64,000 nucleotides of DNA from Candidatus Saccharimonadota bacterium (GTDB lineage Bacteria; Patescibacteriota; Saccharimonadia; Saccharimonadales; JAQGHD01), in the NCBI GenBank assembly GCA_028288965.1, contig JAQGHD010000008.1, positions 22,390-86,389 of the forward strand. Direction: 5' to 3'. Below are positions 58,034 to 64,000 of this stretch, piece by piece. Under the pieces are notes generated by a model. That model was not told the origin of the DNA. It ran no database searches and saw nothing but the letters and a program-made list of their open reading frames with translations. Every line of letters starts with the position of its first letter. The first letter of the stretch is position 1. The position numbers and the translations under genes were made by a program.

Positions 58034-58818
58034 GTTTGGCTATTGTGAAGTCGCAAGTATTTAGCAAAGTCACGCAAACGGATACCCTCACTTTTTAAGA
58101 TAAATTCGGCCATCTTGAGTGATCGCAGTTGTTTCTCGGTTAGCTCCGGCAGCTTTTCTAGCTTATCGCGGTACATGTCTTCATCAGCTACTCGCAACAG
58201 ATCACCGGCAGTTTTAATCGTGTCACGGGTGGCGTCATCTAATACACCCACTCCAATAGAGGCGTCTAAGCCAAGTTCACGTAATGCTTCATTGCCTGGA
58301 AGATTCACGTATTCACGAATAGCTTCACGTAAGCGTCCAACAACTATCTTGGCGCCTTCGGCATCGGTGTTGGGCAGCAAAACAGCAAATTCATCGCCAC
58401 CAATATGACCGCCTTCGGCCTCGATCATTTCATGCTTTTGGCTGATGGTTTGGTTGGTTGGCTCCAAGGAACCAACCGCCACAACATCAAGCGGTCGTGA
58501 CGCAGTTTCGTGGTGGCTTGGATTATTAAGAGTGCGCAAGCTAGAAACTATTACTCCAATAAGGCCACGGGTATCGTTAATAACGGCATCACCAACATCG
58601 TGACCAAGGACGTCGTTAACATCTTTAAAGTGATCGGCATCAATAAATAATACGGCCAGGGGCTTACCAGATGCCTGGGCCTCAACAAACTCTCGTTCCA
58701 CTCTAGTGTGGAAGACCTTTTTATCAAGGAGTTCACGTTCATCAGGGGTTGGCGCCAATGCGTCCGCGGTGGCTGCTGATTGAATGTGCGTTGGATCTAT
58801 GTTTTGTATTGCTGACAT
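58030..58818 (-). CDS. GGDEF domain protein
   Basis: DADHFKDVNDVLGHDVGD, GGDEF, SIGV, ADEDMY..K. Confidence 0.9.
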   Translation of the reverse strand: MSAIQNIDPTHIQSAATADALAPTPDERELLDKKVFHTRVEREFVEAQASGKPLAVLFIDADHFKDVNDVLGHDVGDAVINDTRGLIGVIVSSLRTLNNPSHHETASRPLDVVAVGSLEPTNQTISQKHEMIEAEGGHIGGDEFAVLLPNTDAEGAKIVVGRLREAIREYVNLPGNEALRELGLDASIGVGVLDDATRDTIKTAGDLLRVADEDMYRDKLEKLPELTEKQLRSLKMAEFILKSEGIRLRDFAKYLRLHNSQT

Positions 58819-58904
58819 GAGCTTATTATAGCATAATATAGTCTATATTGTCAATCATAAGCGTATTGTGTTCGGCTAGAGAAGAATCTACAATTAAGGG
58901 TAAG

Positions 58905-59021
58905 ATGAGAAAGCTATCCCAAAGCGAACAGGGCTTTATCCCTTTAATCGTGGTTTTACTGGCCATTTTAATAGCTTTTATTGTGCTGGTATACCTGCGG
59001 GTTATCCATCCTAACAGATAG
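58905..59021 (+). CDS. 38-aa prepilin-like membrane microprotein (not in ORF track)
   Basis: MRKLSQSEQG|FIPLIVVLLAILIAFIVLVYLRVIHPNR. Confidence 0.6.
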   Translation: MRKLSQSEQGFIPLIVVLLAILIAFIVLVYLRVIHPNR

Positions 59022-59057
59022 TATTGTAAAAATATAAAAATATGTTAGAATAAGTGT

Positions 59058-60065
59058 ATGACAGTATTGCCTGATACGCTCAAGCGATTAAAGGTTAGCT
59101 CAAGATTAGTAGTTAACCGGGCGCTGGCCCGTGGATGGGTGGTTGAGCCGTATGAATCTAACCCTTCAATTATGAAGCTTACCCTGCCAAGTCGTGCGCA
59201 GCCAATTCATATTTTTAGCGCCGCGCCGCCACATGCCAGTTATGTAGCCAGCAAAATTGCTCAAGACAAATTTATAACCAACAAGATTCTGGCGGATCGC
59301 GGTGTCCCAGTACCAGCAGAGCTATTACTTCACGCTGGCCACGACCTGCCCCAAGATGCCATAGACGCATTTTTAGCCGAACATAAGCGAATTATCGTTA
59401 AGCCCCTTGATGCCTCACACGGGAAGGGCATTACCACTGATATTACCGCTAAGGCCGCCCTCCGTAAGGCTATTAGTGTGGCTCAAAAACAAGCCAAGAC
59501 TGGTCGCGTTTTATTGCAGAATCATTTAGAGGGCCTTGATTTGCGCGTGTTATGCGTGGGCTACAAGTTTATCAGTGCGATTCACCGTACACCGGCACGA
59601 GTAATTGGTGATGGCCGGCACACGGTAGCCGAGCTTATTGACGTCACTAATGAAGATCGCGGCGAAAATTACAGCAAACGGCTCAACAAAATTCCCAGCA
59701 ATGAGGCCGAAGGTTACTTGGGCAAAAAGCGCTATAACTCAGTGCCCGCCAAGCAAGAAATAGTGCAAGTCTTAGGTGTGGCCAATGTAGGCAAGGGTGG
59801 TGAGCTGCAAAACGTTACCACCGAGGTGCCACAGTTCTTAATTGAACTATCTGAAGCTATTGCCAGAACACTCTTCTTGCCGGTCTGTGGAATTGACTTT
59901 TTAATTGCCAAACTTCCAACCAAGGACGTTACCAAGCAGCAATTACACCCGGTTGTTATAGAGGTGAACGAGACACCAATGCTCATGATGTATGAAGATA
60001 CAGAATCAGCCCTCCAAGATAGGGTGATCGACGCCTACCTTGATTTTATCGAAACCAGCGAATAG
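59058..60065 (+). CDS. ATP-grasp ligase resembling the cyanophycin synthetase/GshAB ATP-grasp domain
   Basis: DK..T..IL...GVPVP, VKPLDASHGKGIT, R.PA.VIGDG..TV.ELI, GIDF, IEVN..P. Confidence 0.8.
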   Translation: MTVLPDTLKRLKVSSRLVVNRALARGWVVEPYESNPSIMKLTLPSRAQPIHIFSAAPPHASYVASKIAQDKFITNKILADRGVPVPAELLLHAGHDLPQDAIDAFLAEHKRIIVKPLDASHGKGITTDITAKAALRKAISVAQKQAKTGRVLLQNHLEGLDLRVLCVGYKFISAIHRTPARVIGDGRHTVAELIDVTNEDRGENYSKRLNKIPSNEAEGYLGKKRYNSVPAKQEIVQVLGVANVGKGGELQNVTTEVPQFLIELSEAIARTLFLPVCGIDFLIAKLPTKDVTKQQLHPVVIEVNETPMLMMYEDTESALQDRVIDAYLDFIETSE

Positions 60066-60072
60066 TAAAGCT

Positions 60073-61479
60073 ATGACTATGGCAGAAGCTCTCGATACAA
60101 TTAACGCTACTGACCAATTGCCATTTGCTATGGCGGCCGAGGGCTTTACTCGTATTCCCGAGGCCAGACTCCAGGTATATGAATTCTTTGCCGGTGACCC
60201 CGTTCATCGTTACAAAGAACAAATTAGGGTGCTGCAAGATGCCTCACACGACTCCAACCCCATACTTGATTTATCCCCTCAAGTCGTAGGCGAGCTACAC
60301 AACAGCAGGCGTCGTTTAGCAAAGATTTTGGGCATAGTCGAGCAGAATGTTGAGGCTACTCCCCTTGAAGAATCAGCCATGTATGAATTATCGGCTCGCC
60401 GAGCTGCCGAAAATTATTACGTACTGCAGGCATACCGCGTGACAGATATGCCGGCTGAACATCCACGGCGAATACAGCACGCGGAACGCTTACATGCCAT
60501 GGGCGTAGAGTTATTTGGAGAACCAGATAAAACAGTGTTTGATTCGCTTATTTCCATGGAACGCCAAAAAGCTACCAATCTGCTAACCCATGGCGATCCA
60601 GCGGTTCGACAGTTAGCCCAAGAGTATGTTGATCTGTTGCCGGATGTTACTTCGCCCAATACGCCATATCTTCCAGAGCAGGCCACTGTAGATCATTATC
60701 ACAATTTAATTCTAGAAGTGTATGGAGGTATGCTCGAAGCAGCAATAGAACCAGATAAAGAAAACTACAAACCAGCACAAATGGTCCAGGCATTTAATAA
60801 GGCCCTAGATTATATAGGTGCCAGTGGGTGGTGTGCCGAACTGCGGCCAGGTGCCAATATAGTCAACGTCAATCATGAAGATAAAAAAGTGTATGTGGGT
60901 GCTGATCGCATCCCTGCTTCTGCTATGAGGATGAAAAAACTACTGTTACACGAGGTGGGGATACACGTCATGCGCCGAATTTTAGGCGAGCAGACAGCCA
61001 ATCCCTTACTTGGTGGTGTTGGTTTGAGCGGCAATGAAGCAACCGAAGAAGGTTTGGGCGTGGTAGTCGAGCAAATGCTGGACAGTAAAGCCCTGGTTAA
61101 AGGGGAGCAGCACTATATGAATATTGGGCTGTCACTTGGCCTTGATGGCCATCCCAGAGATTTTCGTGAGGTTTTTGAAATTGAATGGCGTAGAAAAGTG
61201 CTCGAGAAAGTCGAAGGTAATTCAAATCTAGATATTCAAGTAGTTATGAAAGCCTACCGAATTGCCTATAGTAATGTGGTTCGGGTCCGCCGTGGAACAC
61301 CTGCCGATGTCTCGGGCATTGCCTTTACTAAAGATCTTGCCTACTACAACGGCAATGGAGCAATCTGGAAGTTCTTAGAGCAAAAGCTGTTAACTAAGGA
61401 TGAATTTAAAAAGATTTTGACTGGCAAGCACAATTTTTTGCGCGCGGATCATCGAGACCTTGTTGACACGGCAGCTTAA
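60073..61479 (+). CDS. DUF1704 (MATCAP-like) metallopeptidase
   Basis: LLHEVGIH..R, TEEGL, FTKDLAY..G. Confidence 0.75.
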   Translation: MTMAEALDTINATDQLPFAMAAEGFTRIPEARLQVYEFFAGDPVHRYKEQIRVLQDASHDSNPILDLSPQVVGELHNSRRRLAKILGIVEQNVEATPLEESAMYELSARRAAENYYVLQAYRVTDMPAEHPRRIQHAERLHAMGVELFGEPDKTVFDSLISMERQKATNLLTHGDPAVRQLAQEYVDLLPDVTSPNTPYLPEQATVDHYHNLILEVYGGMLEAAIEPDKENYKPAQMVQAFNKALDYIGASGWCAELRPGANIVNVNHEDKKVYVGADRIPASAMRMKKLLLHEVGIHVMRRILGEQTANPLLGGVGLSGNEATEEGLGVVVEQMLDSKALVKGEQHYMNIGLSLGLDGHPRDFREVFEIEWRRKVLEKVEGNSNLDIQVVMKAYRIAYSNVVRVRRGTPADVSGIAFTKDLAYYNGNGAIWKFLEQKLLTKDEFKKILTGKHNFLRADHRDLVDTAA

Positions 61480-62705
61480 GCAGGCCTAGCCCCAGTAAGT
61501 ACTTTGGCATGGGTTTGCACAAAAGTAAGATCCTTTTGTAGTTGACGGGGATCTGTATGTATCAACATGGCAATAGCAGCAGCCTTATAGCCGGAGCTGG
61601 CTGGGCCAACTAGCCGGCCGGGTTTAACACGAACTTTTATGTAGTTAAAACTAGGCAACTGCTGCAAGGCGGCTAAGTTGGATATTTGCTGAAAAACCCC
61701 TTCCGACTCTGGAAAGAGTTCTATCACTGAGCAATTATTTTGATGGGTGGCAGCTAGGTTAAGCTTACGGTTGTAGGCTGTATCTATCATGGCTTGCTCC
61801 AGGTTAATACCGTGGGCCACTTCATACATGTGTGTGCGATAGCCGCCAATTCGGGCGCCAATTTCAATAATTTTTGGACCACTTGGAGTTAGGAACAATT
61901 CTATGTGCAGTGGCGTGCTGGTAAGACCTAGGGCTTTGCCGCCTTTTGCCGCCACTGTCAATATGGCTTTTTGGTCACTAGCCTTTAGGCGCGAGGGTAG
62001 GCTACGAGTAAAAAGGTAATTATCATTACGGCCTATATCTTGAGCCGTTACCAGATCGACTATCTTTGGGATAAGCTGTGGCCGCCCTTGGCTATCCGCA
62101 AATCCAGCCACGGTATGCAGGCTGCCTACCAGGCATTCCTCAATTAAGAGTTTAGGCTCCCGGGGAACATGAAACTTGCTATACAGCTGTTTTACACTGC
62201 TCTTGGCGTGTTGGAAATTAGCCTGTAGCTGCTCTATAGAATCGCTCTTGCTGACCAGTAAACTCTTTACCAAATTAGCCGGTTTTAAGATAACAGGGAA
62301 GCTATGCGCCTGCATAAAGTCTAAAATGTCTTGCCAATTGTCTACCTGCTTAAACTCTGGAGTAATACTGGGGTCATATGCCAAAAACTTCTGACGCATT
62401 AAGACTTTATCGGTGCTGCTTAGGGCGGCATCAGGGGTTATACCAGGTACGGAAAAATATCGCGACAACTGTGCTGCTGGCCAAACATAATTTTCATATG
62501 TCCAGACAATTGCCTCAACCGGCTGGGTAAAGTTTTTTAAGCTGGACTGTATCGTGGTTTCGTCGGTAAAATCTACCAACCTGGTAGGCGCTTGGGGGGC
62601 CTTTTTGGTGGGACGCTGGGCATCTAAAAATATGCCAAAGGCTTCGTCATTTTGGCGCAAATACTCATAAAAACTAGAGTGTGCTTTGCCAACTATCCAC
62701 AGCAT
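61476..62705 (-). CDS. ATP-grasp protein (L-amino acid ligase-like)
   Basis: DKVLMR, FPVILKP, LIEE, HIELF, IEIGARIGG. Confidence 0.8.
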   Translation of the reverse strand: MLWIVGKAHSSFYEYLRQNDEAFGIFLDAQRPTKKAPQAPTRLVDFTDETTIQSSLKNFTQPVEAIVWTYENYVWPAAQLSRYFSVPGITPDAALSSTDKVLMRQKFLAYDPSITPEFKQVDNWQDILDFMQAHSFPVILKPANLVKSLLVSKSDSIEQLQANFQHAKSSVKQLYSKFHVPREPKLLIEECLVGSLHTVAGFADSQGRPQLIPKIVDLVTAQDIGRNDNYLFTRSLPSRLKASDQKAILTVAAKGGKALGLTSTPLHIELFLTPSGPKIIEIGARIGGYRTHMYEVAHGINLEQAMIDTAYNRKLNLAATHQNNCSVIELFPESEGVFQQISNLAALQQLPSFNYIKVRVKPGRLVGPASSGYKAAAIAMLIHTDPRQLQKDLTFVQTHAKVLTGARPA

Positions 62706-62836
62706 GTCCTTATTTATAAAGAAGATGACTGTAAAAAACAATCAGGCGCCTATAATGCAAGGTGTGATAGGTAATATTTCCATTGCAAATAAATATAAAA
62801 AATGTTATAATTTACGTTTAACAAAGTGATATTTTT

Positions 62837-63274
62837 ATGAAATCTGATGCAAAAATTATCGGTGCCTTTGAGGTTGTCAGCTTCCCACTTCTAGGGATGC
62901 ATGACCTCGTGGCCAAAATTGATACCGGTGCCGACACTGGCGCCTTGCACGTGACCCATCTTGAGGAAGTAAAACCTACCAAAGGCCAACAGGGTGTGCT
63001 AAGCTTTCGGCTGCTCAATAAAAAAGTTATGACTCACGAATACTTTCATAAAAACCTTGTCCGCAGTTCTAGCGGCCACGTAGAAGACCGTTATTTTATC
63101 AAAACCGAGATTGCCATTAGCGGTGTTACTTACCCTATAACCATCGGTCTCACCGATCGTAGCTCCATGAAGCGAGCGGTTTTAATCGGCAAACGCTTTT
63201 TAAGCGAGCAAAAATTTTTAGTTGACGTACGCTTGCACGATACGTATCGTTACGCAGGAAGGCAACAAGTATGA
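62837..63274 (+). CDS. RimK-associated putative protease (retropepsin-like)
   Basis: AKIDTGA...LH, VRSSSG...R, LTDRS.M...VLIG. Confidence 0.85.
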   Translation: MKSDAKIIGAFEVVSFPLLGMHDLVAKIDTGADTGALHVTHLEEVKPTKGQQGVLSFRLLNKKVMTHEYFHKNLVRSSSGHVEDRYFIKTEIAISGVTYPITIGLTDRSSMKRAVLIGKRFLSEQKFLVDVRLHDTYRYAGRQQV

Positions 63275-64000
63275 ATATAGCTATATTATCCAAGGGTTCA
63301 GGTAACTACTCCACCAAGCGATTAAAGGAGGAGGCTCTTAAGCGCGGCCATAACGTGAAGATTATTAACTATGCTAAGTGCTACGTAACTATGGAACGCG
63401 GTATCCCGATTGTGCGCTACGGTGGTAAGGAAGTTAAAGATATAGATGCGATTATCCCTCGCATTGCGACTAATTTGACCAAATACGGCAGCTCTATAGT
63501 GCGCCAGTTTGAAATGCAAGGCGTGTTTTCGGCCTCTAGTTCACTGGCCATTAATCGCACGCGTGACAAGTTGCGGGCCACACAAATTCTTGCCCGGGCG
63601 GGAGTAGGCATTCCAAAAACGGTATTTGCCCGTGAAACTGCCGACCTTGATGACGTTATCGAACAAGCTGGCGGCGTGCCGCTGATTATTAAGGTGGCTC
63701 GAGGCACGCACGGCAATGGGGTGGTGCTAGCCGAAACCAAATCGGCTGCCAAGGCCGTAATGCAGGCCTTTTATGTAGAGGGTGTGAATTTCTTAGTCCA
63801 AGAATATATTGCTGAGGCAGCTGGATCCGACATTCGAGCCTTTGTGGTTGGCGGACGAGTAGTTGCCAGCATGAAACGCCAGAGCTTAGACGATGATTTT
63901 CGATCTAACTTACACCAAGGTGGTGAGGGTACGGCTATTAAATTGACTGACGAAGAGCGCAAGATGGCCCAAAAAGCTGCCAAAGCCATGGGGCTACCCA
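63271..64000 (+). CDS. rimK: RimK family alpha-L-glutamate ligase, truncated by window end
   Basis: Manual translation MNIAILSKG..NYSTKRL...DAIIPRI...RDKL...GTHG.GV...QEYI.EA.G.DIR.FVVG...FRSNLH.GG. Confidence 0.93.
   Translation, partial: MNIAILSKGSGNYSTKRLKEEALKRGHNVKIINYAKCYVTMERGIPIVRYGGKEVKDIDAIIPRIATNLTKYGSSIVRQFEMQGVFSASSSLAINRTRDKLRATQILARAGVGIPKTVFARETADLDDVIEQAGGVPLIIKVARGTHGNGVVLAETKSAAKAVMQAFYVEGVNFLVQEYIAEAAGSDIRAFVVGGRVVASMKRQSLDDDFRSNLHQGGEGTAIKLTDEERKMAQKAAKAMGLP

Noticed and set aside
1..64000. Alternative genetic code (TGA=Gly) as in some CPR lineages
   Set aside because: Conserved genes are full length under code 11 and several end in TGA with coupled overlaps (tsaC, pgl, gnd)

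Overview
Gene-dense bacterial window. The gene repertoire (many prepilin-like and orphan proteins, reduced MutY, short 6-phosphogluconate dehydrogenase, WhiB; TGA read as stop) suggests a Patescibacteria/CPR genome, probably Saccharibacteria; this is inference only. Housekeeping content: aspS (partial), purD-like, two ABC-2 exporters, mutY, mscS, tsaC, murC, dus, pgl-gnd-zwf, tilS-ftsH, murJ, lepA, gmk, hrcA-grpE-dnaK-dnaJ with two CIRCE boxes, a rimK/ATP-grasp cluster and three CAT-anticodon tRNAs. The main discovery is a ~5.7 kb integron-like cassette array (about 28560-34370) immediately downstream of the initiator tRNA-Met. Six copies of a composite repeat separate 0.6-1.5 kb cargo units. 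A full copy consists of a terminator-like hairpin, a TGGTAGC-like core equal to the tRNA 3' end, and a codon-conserved peptide tail ('VAQVHSNWN..AELSRW'). Four cargo genes are type IV pilin-like proteins with a constant N-terminus, a variable C-terminal domain and their own promoter. The layout fits repeated site-specific integration of minimal non-autonomous cassettes at the tRNA 3' end by an integrase whose attP lies inside its own gene. No recombinase is encoded in the window. Other observations: a MITE-like element with 23-bp inverted repeats, an in-frame palindromic insert in mutY, a recurring AAGCATRAGC upstream motif, apparently leaderless genes, orphan ORFs interleaved in the dnaK operon, candidate structured RNAs and a 38-aa pilin-like ORF. 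All calls are from manual reading; no database searches were run.
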